Of a DNA stretch of 64,000 nt, positions 34,181 to 46,045 are shown one piece after another. The position numbers were made by a program, and so were the translations under genes. The stretch is from an uncultured delta proteobacterium. Its GTDB lineage: Bacteria; Myxococcota_A; Polyangia; Polyangiales; Polyangiaceae. Each line of letters begins with the position of its first letter. Position 1 is the first letter of the stretch. A model generated the notes under the pieces. It was not told the origin of the DNA. It saw only the letters and a list, made by a program, of their open reading frames with translations, and searched no databases. The stretch lies in assembly GCA_963806225.1 (NCBI GenBank), contig CAWDXG010000001.1, forward strand, positions 960,001 to 1,024,000, written 5' to 3'.

Positions 34181-35551
34181 GTGAGCGTCGATCCCGTCCC
34201 CGCCGAGGAGCGCCTGCGGGTGCTCGAGCTCTTGCGCCTGCATGGCTGGAACGCGACTTCCTTCCAGGTGCTGGAGCCGGGCTTCCGCTACTGGTTCGAC
34301 GAGGACGACGCGTGTGTCGCCTACGTCGACACCGGCGGTGCCTGGGTGGCCGCCGGGGCTCCTGTCGCTGCTCTCGACCGGCTCGAGCCGGTGGCAAGGC
34401 GTTTCGTGGAGGCGGCGCAGAACGCGGGGCGTCGGGTCTGCTTTTTCGCCGTCGAAGAGCGCTTCGTCCAGCGCGCGGACCTCGAGACGCTCGGCATCGG
34501 CCAGCAGCCGGTGTGGGACTCGGACCAGTGGAACGAGGTCCTGCGCTCGTCCCGCAGCCTGCGCGAGCAGCTGCGCCGCGCCCGTGCCAAGGGCGTCGAG
34601 GTGCGCGAGCTGTCCGAGACCGAGGCCGTCGACCCTTCGAGCCCGGCGCGGCGATCCGTGCAGCTGCTCATCCAGCGTTGGAGTCGTTCACGTTCCATCG
34701 CTCCGATGGGATTCCTGGTCGCGCTGCATCCGTTTTCGTTCGCCGCCGAGCGACACTACTTCGTGGCCGAGCGCGACGGCCAGGTGTTCGGCTTCCTGGC
34801 GGTGGCGCCGGTGTACGGCCGCGGGGGTTGGTTTTTCGAGGACTTCCTGCGCGACCCGGCCGCGCCGAACGGCACCATCGAGCTGCTCGTCCACCACGCC
34901 ATGCAGTCGGCTGCGGAGGCCGGATGCCACTTCGTCACACTGGGGCTCGCGCCGCTCGCCGGCGACGTTAGCGCATGGCTGACCGCGGTCCGCGACTCGA
35001 GCGGAGGGCTGTACGACTTCGAAGGGCTCCGGTCCTTCAAGGCGAAGCTGCGTCCGCAGCACTGGGAGTCCATCTTCGTGGCGTATCCCCACGGTCAGAC
35101 CCAGCTGGTCACCGTCGTCGACGTGCTCTCGGCGTTTTCGCGCGTGGGCCTGTTCCGCTTCGGGCTGGAAACGCTACTCAGGGTTCCTGCGATCGTGGTC
35201 AAGACGCTTGCGGGCCTGCTCGTGCCGTGGATGGCGCTCCTGGCGCTCGCGCCAACGCCGCGGTTCTTCCCTTCGACGAGCATCAAGGTTGGCTGGATCG
35301 CGTTCGACGCCGTCCTGTTCGTGGCGCTGTGGGTGCTCGGGCGCCGCTGGAGCCCGCGGCTGGCTACGGTGCTCGCTCTGGCCGTGAGTGCCGACGCTTT
35401 GCTGACGCTGGTCGAGGTCATCCTGTACAACGTGCCCCGGGCGGGGAGCACGTTGGATGTGTTGGCGTTGGTCGTCGCCGTGCTGGCGCCGACGTGTGCG
35501 GCGCTGCTCTTGTGGCGCGCGCGCCTGCAGCGCGCCGGCCTGCCCGCCTGA
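34181..35551 (+). CDS. Aminoacyl-phosphatidylglycerol synthase-like (DUF2156/MprF catalytic domain) with C-terminal TM helices
   Basis: WVAAGAPV, LREQLRRARAKG, RDPAAPNGTIELL, TLGLAPLA, YDFEGLRSFKAK. Confidence 0.85.
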   Translation: MSVDPVPAEERLRVLELLRLHGWNATSFQVLEPGFRYWFDEDDACVAYVDTGGAWVAAGAPVAALDRLEPVARRFVEAAQNAGRRVCFFAVEERFVQRADLETLGIGQQPVWDSDQWNEVLRSSRSLREQLRRARAKGVEVRELSETEAVDPSSPARRSVQLLIQRWSRSRSIAPMGFLVALHPFSFAAERHYFVAERDGQVFGFLAVAPVYGRGGWFFEDFLRDPAAPNGTIELLVHHAMQSAAEAGCHFVTLGLAPLAGDVSAWLTAVRDSSGGLYDFEGLRSFKAKLRPQHWESIFVAYPHGQTQLVTVVDVLSAFSRVGLFRFGLETLLRVPAIVVKTLAGLLVPWMALLALAPTPRFFPSTSIKVGWIAFDAVLFVALWVLGRRWSPRLATVLALAVSADALLTLVEVILYNVPRAGSTLDVLALVVAVLAPTCAALLLWRARLQRAGLPA

Positions 35552-35603
35552 TCCGGTCGCCACGGGCCGTTCGCGGCGCTAGGCTGCGCGTAGTGGAGGG
35601 GCG

Positions 35604-37889
35604 ATGAACATCTGGCATCTCACCGACGACGCGCCGCGCGTCCCTCCGCGCGTGAGCCCGGGCGAGCGCGTCCTTTTGCGGGTTGGAAGCTGGCCCATCG
35701 AGCCCGGTCAATCGCTGGAGCTCGCCTTCGAGGTCGAGCACCGGAGCGGCGGGGCGGAGCGCGGGCGCGTCCAGGTTGTCTGGGAGCGGAACCAGGGCGA
35801 AAACAGCTACTGGCGCGCGGAGCTCGGGCCGTTTTCCATGGGGGATCGCGTCCGGTACACCCTGACGGGCCGCTCGCTGCACGGGTCGGCGAGCGCTCCG
35901 GCGAGCAGCTTCGTGGTGGGCCCGAAGCTGCACCTCGCGCTTCTGTGGCACCAGCATCAGCCGGTCTACAGGGACACCTCGCAGCGCGAGCCGCGCGGTA
36001 GCTATCTGCATCCGTGGGTGCGCCTTCACGCTCTGCGCGACTACTTCTCGATGGCCTGGATGGTCGGGCGACACCCGGGCGTGCACCTGACCATCAACCT
36101 CACGCCCTCGCTTCTCTGGCAGCTCGACGACTATCTGGAACGTGGCGCGACCGACGAGGCGCTGGAGCTGGGGCGCAAGCCGATTTCGGCGCTGTCTTCC
36201 AGCGACCGCGCGACGATCCTCCGCACCTTCTTCGACGCGGATCGCCACAGCCAGATCGCGGCGCATCCGCGCTACGAGCAGCTGTTCCAGCAGCGTCTGT
36301 CCGGAAAGTCGTTCAGCGACGCGGATCTGCGCGATCTGGTGATGTGGTTCAACCTGGCGTGGTTCGGCAAGGAGTTCCGCGAGGGCAGCGTCGAGCTGCC
36401 CGGCGGCGGAGCGGTGAGCGTACAGCGCTTCGTGGAGCAGGCCGAGGGCTTCTCCGCGGAGGACATCGAGGAAGTGACGGCCGAGCAGTACAGGCTGATG
36501 CGCGCCATCGTGCCGATGCACCGGGAGCTGCAGGACGCAGGCCAGCTCGAAGTCAGCACGACACCCTTCTTCCATCCCATCCTGCCGCTGCTCATCGACA
36601 CGGACCGGGCCACGCTCGATCGCCCCGGCACGAGCCTGCCGCGGCGCTTCGCCCATCCGGAAGACGCCAACGCCCAGGTGCGGCTCGCCGTGGAGGACTA
36701 CAGGAAGCGCTTCGGCCGCGCGCCGCGGGGGATGTGGCCGGCCGAAGGCGCCGTCGCGCAGTTCGCCGTGCCGCTGTTCGCGCGGCACGGGGTGGACTGG
36801 ATCGCGACGGATCGCGGCGTCCTGGCGCGCTCGGGCCGCTATGGATACCCGGTCGACGACCCGGACGTGGCGTGCCGGCCGTACCGCGTCGAGGAAGCGG
36901 GCCACGCCGTCAGCATCTTCTTCCGCGACACGGCGCTCTCCGACGCGATCGGTTTCCGCTACCAGCACTACGAGGACGGACAGCGTGCCGCGCGGGATTT
37001 TCTACAGGAAGTCAAGGAACGCTTTGCCCGGCGGGTGACGAGCAACGACGCGCGCGTGCTCGGTGTCGTGCTCGACGGGGAAAACGCCTGGGGCACGTAC
37101 CCCGACGACGCGCGGCCGTTCCTGCACGCCCTGTACGCGGAGCTGGAACAGGACCACGAGGTCCAGAGCGTGACGTTCAGCGAGGTGCTCGACGGCAATC
37201 CCGAACGCGGTCTCGAGCCGTCACCCGTCCACGAGCAGGAACGGGTCTACGATCTGTTCACCGCCTCGTGGATCGACGAGGCGAACTCGGCGGTGGGTGT
37301 CGATCTCGGGACGTGGATCGGTGAAGAAGAGGAGAACCGCGCCTGGGATCTCCTGAACGACGCGCGCGCCGCGCTCGAGAAGTCGGGCAGCACCCCCGGC
37401 GCCGCGCCGGAAGCATTTCTGGCACTGCACATCGCGGAGGGCAGCGACTGGTTCTGGTGGTATGGCGACGACCAGGACTCCGGTCACGACGACGAATTCG
37501 ACGCCCTGTTCCGACTGCACCTGTCGAACGTCTACCGAGGTATCGGGCTCGAGCCGCCCGCCGAGCTCGAGCGGCGCATCGTGGCCACCGCCGTGCTGTG
37601 GACACCGTCGGAGCCCTCGCCGCGCCTGCAAGCCGGCGACCGCCTGATGGTGCGCACGAACTGTCCAGGCGTGCTCGAGTACCGCATCGACGACGCGGCG
37701 CCGCAGGTTCGGGAGCTTTCGATCACCGGCGGCGTGATGGGCGGTGGGCCGCCGCACTACCAGCTCGGCATTGGACCGCTGCCTGCCGATTCCGCGCGCG
37801 TGCGGTTCCGCTTCCGCTGCACGCGCGCCGACTGTTCCCACGATGTCCCGCCGTGTCGCGGCGACGAGCACGAAGTGCGGGTCGCCTAG
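35604..37889 (+). CDS. Glycoside hydrolase family 57 (amylopullulanase-like) with N- and C-terminal beta domains
   Basis: WHQHQP, HPILPLL, WPAEGAV, LDGENAW, AEGSDWFWW. Confidence 0.92.
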   Translation: MNIWHLTDDAPRVPPRVSPGERVLLRVGSWPIEPGQSLELAFEVEHRSGGAERGRVQVVWERNQGENSYWRAELGPFSMGDRVRYTLTGRSLHGSASAPASSFVVGPKLHLALLWHQHQPVYRDTSQREPRGSYLHPWVRLHALRDYFSMAWMVGRHPGVHLTINLTPSLLWQLDDYLERGATDEALELGRKPISALSSSDRATILRTFFDADRHSQIAAHPRYEQLFQQRLSGKSFSDADLRDLVMWFNLAWFGKEFREGSVELPGGGAVSVQRFVEQAEGFSAEDIEEVTAEQYRLMRAIVPMHRELQDAGQLEVSTTPFFHPILPLLIDTDRATLDRPGTSLPRRFAHPEDANAQVRLAVEDYRKRFGRAPRGMWPAEGAVAQFAVPLFARHGVDWIATDRGVLARSGRYGYPVDDPDVACRPYRVEEAGHAVSIFFRDTALSDAIGFRYQHYEDGQRAARDFLQEVKERFARRVTSNDARVLGVVLDGENAWGTYPDDARPFLHALYAELEQDHEVQSVTFSEVLDGNPERGLEPSPVHEQERVYDLFTASWIDEANSAVGVDLGTWIGEEEENRAWDLLNDARAALEKSGSTPGAAPEAFLALHIAEGSDWFWWYGDDQDSGHDDEFDALFRLHLSNVYRGIGLEPPAELERRIVATAVLWTPSEPSPRLQAGDRLMVRTNCPGVLEYRIDDAAPQVRELSITGGVMGGGPPHYQLGIGPLPADSARVRFRFRCTRADCSHDVPPCRGDEHEVRVA

Positions 37890-37956
37890 ATGGGGGCTCC
37901 TCCCCCCGGGATGCGGGGGCGCTTCCGGTCGCCATTTCAGCTACGATCCGCTGGCC

Positions 37957-39588
37957 ATGGAGAGCCCCACTGGACCGGCGTCCGGCGCCGCCGTCGGCGC
38001 CATGGCGCTCGCCGAGACAGCGAGCGCCGCCGACCCTGGAGACTCCCCGAGCTCGAGCACGATGCAGGCGCTGCCGCGGGTGTGTCCGGTCTGCGGCGGC
38101 CGCTATCCACAGAGCTTCAAGGTCTGCCCGCACGACGCGACGCCCCTCGACGACGCGCGCGACTCCGTTATCGACCCGTTGATCGGCGCGACGCTGGCCG
38201 ACTCGTACCAGGTCGTGCGCGTGATCGGCGAGGGCGGCATGGGTCGCGTGTACGAGGCGCGGCACACGCGTCTTCACAACAAGCGCTTCGCGATCAAGAT
38301 GCTGCTCGACGAGTACGCGCGGCAGACCGACGTGGTCGCGCGCTTCCAGCGTGAGGCGGAGTCAGCGAGCGGCATCGCGCACCCGAACATCGTCGGCGTC
38401 TACGACGTGCACCGCACCGCCGACGGGCGGCCGTACATTGTCGGCGAATTCCTCGACGGCGAAGAGCTCGGCGCGATGCTCGACCGCGTCGAGAAGCTCG
38501 AGACGGGGTTTGCCGTGCGCATCGTGCGGCAGGTGTGCAGCGCGCTGGAGGCGGCGCACAATGCGGGCGTCGTGCACCGCGACATGAAGCCCGAGAATGT
38601 ATTTCTGGTCGGACCGCCCGCAGCGCCGCTGGCGAAGATCCTGGACTTCGGTATCTCCAAGCAGGCGAGCAATGGCACGCTCACCCAGACCGGTATGGTC
38701 ATGGGCACGCCCTCGTACATGGCCCCCGAGCAGGCGCGCGGTGCCAAGGTCGATCATCGCGTCGACATCTACGCCGCCGGCGCCATCCTGTATCGCGCGC
38801 TCACCGGCAAGAAACCGTTCGACGGCGAGCCCGCGGAGATCCTCACGGCCGTGCTCACCGAGGAACCGCCGCGCCCGCGCCAGCTCGATCCCGCCATCCC
38901 CGAAGCGCTCGAGCTCGTCATCCAGCGCGCGATGGCAAAGGAACCCGGCGATCGCTACCAGCACATCGCGGAGCTGGAGGCAGCGCTGGCGCGCTTCGAT
39001 CCACTCGGGCCGCTGCCGTCGCAGGGAACGACCGTGCTAGCGCCTGCGCCGAACACTGCCCCCGGACTGGCCAGGCCAGGAGATCGCACGCTGCCCGCCT
39101 CCTCGGTGGCTGGGCTCGGCTGGAGCATCGAGGAAGCCAGCCGCGAGGCGCGGATGGCGCGGCCGCTGCTCGTGCTGCTCTCCATCGTGGCGTACCTGTG
39201 GGCGATCGCCGGAGTGGTCGCTGTGTTGGCGGACTGTCTCCGGCTCGTGCACGGCAAGGGCTCGACCATCTCGTCGACCGAGTCGGTGCTGATCGTCGCC
39301 GGCACGCTGCTGGCGACGGTCACCCCCGCGCTGCTCTGGGTGCGCCACGTGGCGCGGCGCGTGTGGACCAACAGCGTCCGCTCTGTCCAGCAGGCGCGCC
39401 GGCTCAAGACCTCTCTCGTCGCGAGCGTCGCCGTGTACGGCCTGGGCGCGCTCCTCGTCCACGTCTTCGAGGGCGTCGTGCAGCGCTCGCCGATGGACCA
39501 CACCACTTCCGCTTGGAGCATCCTGCTCGTCGTGCTCGCACTCATCGCAGGTGCGGTGCCGTGGTTGATTCCGGTGCGGCGGGGGTAG
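37957..39588 (+). CDS. Ser/Thr kinase with N-terminal zinc ribbon and about 4 C-terminal TM helices
   Basis: CPVC..CPHD, GEGGMG, HRDMKPEN, DFG, APE. Confidence 0.94.
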   Translation: MESPTGPASGAAVGAMALAETASAADPGDSPSSSTMQALPRVCPVCGGRYPQSFKVCPHDATPLDDARDSVIDPLIGATLADSYQVVRVIGEGGMGRVYEARHTRLHNKRFAIKMLLDEYARQTDVVARFQREAESASGIAHPNIVGVYDVHRTADGRPYIVGEFLDGEELGAMLDRVEKLETGFAVRIVRQVCSALEAAHNAGVVHRDMKPENVFLVGPPAAPLAKILDFGISKQASNGTLTQTGMVMGTPSYMAPEQARGAKVDHRVDIYAAGAILYRALTGKKPFDGEPAEILTAVLTEEPPRPRQLDPAIPEALELVIQRAMAKEPGDRYQHIAELEAALARFDPLGPLPSQGTTVLAPAPNTAPGLARPGDRTLPASSVAGLGWSIEEASREARMARPLLVLLSIVAYLWAIAGVVAVLADCLRLVHGKGSTISSTESVLIVAGTLLATVTPALLWVRHVARRVWTNSVRSVQQARRLKTSLVASVAVYGLGALLVHVFEGVVQRSPMDHTTSAWSILLVVLALIAGAVPWLIPVRRG

Positions 39589-39625
39589 GCGCTACACGCG
39601 TCGGGGCCTGCTCTACCGTCCAGCG

Positions 39626-39754
39626 TTATTGCTGATAGCCATCGCGCGTCGCGACTAGCGCTTCCTCCAGTGCAGGGATCGCTCCTACATGCTTGGTGCG
39701 CCCCGCAGCGCGCTTCCTGGCAATGATCCGCTCGAGGCCGAGTACACGCAGTGT
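39626..39754 (-). pseudogene. C-terminal remnant of a nucleotidyltransferase-like gene
   Basis: Manual translation TLRVLGLERIIARKRAAGRTKHVGAIPALEEAL..stop; an upstream in-frame TAG leaves no convincing N-terminal domain. Confidence 0.5.
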
Positions 39755-40039
39755 GCAGGGGGCGCCGCGCGCTCCAGCCGATTCACCCCCGAGGCAATCG
39801 GCTTCGACTCCCTAGGGCCGCGCGGGCTCGCCGCATTGAATCGTCACTTCCGAGACGCGGCACCAAGTCGATCCCGGGCGCATGCCGAACGAGCGAGAGA
39901 GCCAGGACCCGCTGGCTTGGTCGGTCCGGGGATCCGAGAGAGCCGCGAACCCGCCGCGAACCAGATGTCGATGTCGCGAGTGGCCGTGTTCGCTCCCTGC
40001 AGCACGCCGCGCTCAGGCCGATCAGCATGAGCCGGGCGC

Positions 40040-41161
40040 CGCGTCGGCGAGCGTCTGGAAAACGGTGCCCGGCGACGCGAAGATCTCCACCAAGCCCAAC
40101 GCCAGGCAGAGCGACGCGGCCAGCCACTACTTCATCCAGGATCCGGGTATCATCTCCCGCGCCATCTCCAACTTCGGGAGCTGTCCTGTCCCCCTGGGGG
40201 CTGCGGCTTCGACATCACAGCCATCATGGATCGGCCTTGCCTGACCTGCGGGAAGAATAATTTCGCGAGCTGGCTCTTCAAGGACGGGAGCGTGATCGTC
40301 CAGATGAGCCAGGGGCTCGCCGTCGACGAGACGGCGAAGCTCGATACGGGTCTCGTGACCATGCTGGAAGATCCCACGCACGTGCTGGTGCCCGTCAGCG
40401 AGCCGGTCGACATGCTGCGCGCGCAGGGCTATTTTGCACGGGCCTTCTGGGTGGATCGCCAGACCATGAACGTGAACGGCGTCGTGGCTGCGCTCGGTGG
40501 TGGCCTGGTCGGCATCAACTACCAGTTCACCGACTACGACCCGCCGCCCACCGATGTGCTTGCGGCCAGCGCCGTGCAGAACCGGGTGTACGGCGTGGCC
40601 GGCGGCGCTTCGGGCGAGCAGCTCATCATCCTGCGGCCGGACATCGTTCCGGTCGGAGGAACGCCGCCCGTGCCCACGGTCCTGCCGCTCTCCGGCATCG
40701 ATGCCGGCGGCGTGCCGCTGTCGCTCGTCTACCGCGCACAGGACGCCCAGCTGTACCTGCTCGACAAGGTGGTCCAGCGCGGCAACCCCAGCCGGCTCAG
40801 GCTACTGCGCGTCACGGCGACGGGCGGCCACGCAACGGTGCTGGCGAGCACCACGGACTTCGGCGCCGGCAGCGATGCGTATCTGTCCGCCATGCCTTCC
40901 GGCGATCTGCTGCTGGCCGAGAGCAGGAAGTCCGGGAGCACGCGCTTCACCACGTTGCACCCCACCCGGGACAGCGTCGAGCCCACCGGCTCGCTGGTGC
41001 AGCAGGGCACACTGATGGCGCCGCCCGACTCGCGCACCGCTCCCGGTATCAGCGTCGTGATGCGGCACCGCGCGAAGGGTCCGATCCAGGTGCTCGAGAT
41101 CCCGCGGAGCTACCTGGCCGAGCCCGGCAAGGCGCACCAGCTGCCGCCGGGATGGGAGTGA
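40040..41161 (+). pseudogene. 5'-truncated, frameshifted hypothetical beta-rich protein
   Basis: ORF 40226..41161 extends upstream (GGCGFDITAI) through a C5/G5 shift near 40195 into SVWKTVPGD..FGSCPVP; 5' boundary uncertain. Confidence 0.5.
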
Positions 41162-42600
41162 TGGGCCGGCGCGCCGCCGTTGGGGGGATTGGCGCCCTCG
41201 GTCTGGCGTTCGCGATCTGGTCGGGCTGTCACGGCAGCTCGACCGGTAGCGCGGCCGGGGCAGCGGGCGGCACGGCGGGACAGCCGGTAGACGGCGAGGC
41301 CGGAGCGATGCCCGATGCGGGCGCGAGCGGCACAAGCGGCGACGCGACCACCGACGCTGGTCCGCCGTATCCAGGCGCGCAGGCGTGCCCGTGGCCGGGG
41401 TGGTACGCTTCACCTGCCTTGCCCAAGGGTTGCTTTTCCGCCTGCATTCCAGACGACGTGACGGCGCGCGTACCAGCGCTGAAGTGGATCGACCGCAGCG
41501 ACTGGTGTCCGGGCTGCCAGTGGCTGGAGCCGAGCTGGTGGCCGGGCGCGACGCCTCAGAGCGCGTCGGCCACTTCGTCGGTTGTCGACGGGTTCGGGTC
41601 CGGACCGGACCTGGTGGAGCTGGGGCTGCGCAATCCAGACAAGAGCGTCACGGTGGCGATGTACGACAGCTCGGGAAACCCGGTTGCGGGTGTCCGCACC
41701 CAGTACACCTCTTGCACCACGTTCGTAGCCACCATGATCGGTGAGGACGGCACGACGGCCATGCGCTACCAGAGTCTGTCCTCCAACCAGCGCTGGATGC
41801 TTCGCCCGCCGGATCGCGCAGGCGAGCTGATGCTCGCGACAAAGCCCACGTTCGCATACAGCGACGCTTTCGTCGGCCAGCAGACGCCCAACCGGAGCTC
41901 TGTTACCAAGGACTGGATCGTCGACGCGTTCGGCGGCAACTTCATGTCGCTGGTGGACGTGAAGGCCGGCACGGCGCAGAAGATGGCGGACCTGCCCGGC
42001 GCGCCCCCCGGCGAATACGACTCCGCGGTCATTTCGGGCAGTGCCGTGTTCGTCCAGGCGTTCACCGACAAGTCCAGCTGGTTCGTGGTGCAGAACGGCA
42101 CGGCCAAGCCCTTCCTGGGCAGCGCGAGCGTGGATATCGAGCGGCTCGTCACCGACGGCAAGTGGATCATCTAGAGCGAGGGCACCCAGCTCGTCCCCGA
42201 TCCCGTCGATCCCACCCGGATGGTGGCCCAGCGCCACGACCTGTACCGGGCGCCGTTCACCGCAGACGCGTCGAAGCTCCAGCGGCAGCTCCTCTTGCCC
42301 GACACTCCTCTACTGTATGGGTCTCCGACGCTCGCCAACGGCGTCTTCACCGCCATTTTCTACACGGATCAGGACTCGAGCGCCGCGGTACACAGCGACG
42401 CGCTGGTCGTGAAGGTGGACACTGGTCGGGCGTGGAAGAGCGACTTGCCGCAGGACTACGTGTGGGGCGATCGGAACTACCCGACCGCGACCAAGCTCTG
42501 GGGGCCGATTGCGCCCCACGTCGTCGCTTCCGACAAGGCGTACACCATCGCCCGCGTGCCGTATGCGGATATGACCCAGATCCAGGCGGCGCTGCCATGA
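41161..42600 (+). pseudogene. Lipoprotein interrupted by an in-frame TAG at 42172-42174
   Basis: Lipobox IWSGC; frame continues GKWII*SEGTQLV.. to 42600; stop/start overlaps at both ends. Confidence 0.75.
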
Positions 42601-43610
42601 AGGCGTTCCTCGGGGCTGCGGCTCTAGCGGCTCTTGTTCTTGCCGTGCCGGCCTGCGGCGGGGAGCCCGGCTCGGAGAACCACTTCTACTTCGCCGACCA
42701 GACCGGCATCGGCTATGACGCTCGCGCCAACATTCTGCCGATCGCAGCGGGCGCCACTATCGAGATCAAGGTGCAGGACTTCCGGCAGAAGGCTCCGACA
42801 CAGCTCACCTTTGTGTCGTCGAGCGATCCCGCTGTGCTGGCCGTGGAGGTCTTCCAGAACGACCTGTTGTGGCTGCAGGCCAAAAAGACCGGAACCGCGC
42901 GCATCACCGCGAAGACCGCGACGAACAAGGATTCCATCGAGCTCCACGTCCACGCGATCGCTTCAAGCGAGCTCTACGTGCCCGAGGACATCAGCGGCGG
43001 CCTGGCCATGGTACCCGGAGCGGACGTGAGGTTCCGTCTGCTCCACTTCGATGCTTCCGGCACGGAGCTGACGGGCTTCGGCGCCGTTCCGGTCAGCGCG
43101 ACGCCGGGCAACGCGGTGGTGCCGGAGCACGATTCCAACGTCTTCCATCTGGTTGCGCCATCTTCGAGCGGCACCAGCATCGATCTGCATGCGGGCAAGC
43201 TGCACTACAGCATCCCGGTCGTGGATCCGGCGAGCGTGGCGTCGATCGGCCTGGTCAGACCGCTGTGTCAGGGTGACCCTGCACATCATGACACTGTGCT
43301 GCCCAAGAGCCTACAGGTCGAGTTCCCTGGCCAACCCATCGCGGCGGTCTACAGGGTTGCCGCGCATCTCGCGGGCGGCGGGTACGTTTTTGGCTCCTGT
43401 TCCGATCTCGCACTCCAGCCCGACGCCAAGGCGACCGACCTCTTGAGCCTCTACAGTGACGGTGTCCCGTGCTCCGGAGCGTCGGCGCTGGGAGGGCCTT
43501 CCCGGCAGCTAGTGGTCGAGTTCAAGAAACCCGGTACCGGCGCTTTCACCGTGACGTGCTTCGGCAGGACGGCAACCTACACCGCGACGATCCAGCCTTC
43601 CCAGCCGTGA
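42597..43610 (+). CDS. Lipoprotein with Ig-like domains
   Basis: Lipobox VPAC; SSSDPAVLAV..LQAKKTGTARITA (Big-like); ATGA overlap. Confidence 0.78.
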   Translation: MKAFLGAAALAALVLAVPACGGEPGSENHFYFADQTGIGYDARANILPIAAGATIEIKVQDFRQKAPTQLTFVSSSDPAVLAVEVFQNDLLWLQAKKTGTARITAKTATNKDSIELHVHAIASSELYVPEDISGGLAMVPGADVRFRLLHFDASGTELTGFGAVPVSATPGNAVVPEHDSNVFHLVAPSSSGTSIDLHAGKLHYSIPVVDPASVASIGLVRPLCQGDPAHHDTVLPKSLQVEFPGQPIAAVYRVAAHLAGGGYVFGSCSDLALQPDAKATDLLSLYSDGVPCSGASALGGPSRQLVVEFKKPGTGAFTVTCFGRTATYTATIQPSQP

Positions 43611-43710
43611 GCGGCATTGCCGTGCGGTTGCCGATACTGTCGTACGCTCGAACAACGGACGGCCGATGAGCGCGACTGGCTGCTTTCCGCCGCCGCACGA
43701 ATCGAGTTGA

Positions 43711-45388
<1,678 letters not shown>

Positions 45389-45390
45389 CC

Positions 45391-45819
45391 TCAGGCCGGG
45401 ATATCCTGGCCGGGCGACAAGCCACGGAGCAGCTCGCCGAGCAGGCGGCACACATCCGTGGTCGTGAGGATCCCCGCGAGGCGGTCGTGGCGCACGATGA
45501 CCGCCGAATCCACCTGGCGTGCGGACATATCCAGCACCACGTCTGCCAGCGGATCGGTGATCTCGGCCACGTAGGGGTTCCGGCTGCACACGCTGCCGGC
45601 CGTGATGCTCAGCTCGGCGAGCGTCTCGTCGCTCACGTTCCGGGCGACCCAGATGTCGCGTTCCGAGAGCAGTCCGATCAGCTTGTGGTTCTCGGTGACC
45701 GGCAGATGCCGGATTCCATGCTGATCCATCATCGCACGGGCCGTGCGGATATCCGCGTTGACCTCGATCGAATGCGGGAAGGGTGTCATCACACTCTTCA
45801 AAGTGGGTACGGGCTGCAT
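45391..45819 (-). CDS. Stand-alone CBS-pair protein
   Basis: IRHLPV..LIGLLSERDI, LAGILTTTD; AGGAGGAG RBS. Confidence 0.9.
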   Translation of the reverse strand: MQPVPTLKSVMTPFPHSIEVNADIRTARAMMDQHGIRHLPVTENHKLIGLLSERDIWVARNVSDETLAELSITAGSVCSRNPYVAEITDPLADVVLDMSARQVDSAVIVRHDRLAGILTTTDVCRLLGELLRGLSPGQDIPA

Positions 45820-45882
45820 CGCTCCTCCTGGCCATCGCGCCCCGGGACCCCGACCCCAGCGCCGGAGCCCCATTTTTCCGGG

Positions 45883-45898
45883 AGCACCTCGCGTGCCA
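45883..45898 (-). promoter_or_regulatory. sigma54 promoter of the CBS gene
   Basis: Minus strand TGGCACGCGAGGTGCT, GG-N10-GC. Confidence 0.78.
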
Positions 45899-45982
45899 GT
45901 CCATGTCGTTCGACGATTTTCCTGCACCGTTGCAAATCGAGGTCGCGATCCGCGCGCCGTTTGCATTGACGCCCGACAATTT

Positions 45983-45997
45983 GCGCAGCGCCTGCGC
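45983..45997. promoter_or_regulatory. Palindromic enhancer-like site GCGCA-N5-TGCGC
   Basis: GCGCA GCGCC TGCGC, 84 bp upstream of the promoter. Confidence 0.7.
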
Positions 45998-46045
45998 AAG
46001 CGGCCCGAAAACCTCGCGCGAACGCGTCGGCGCGGGCGTCGCAGG

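Noticed and set aside
42172..42174. Pyrrolysine codon
   Set aside because: Not a methylamine methyltransferase, no pyl genes in the window, and TGG>TAG is simpler
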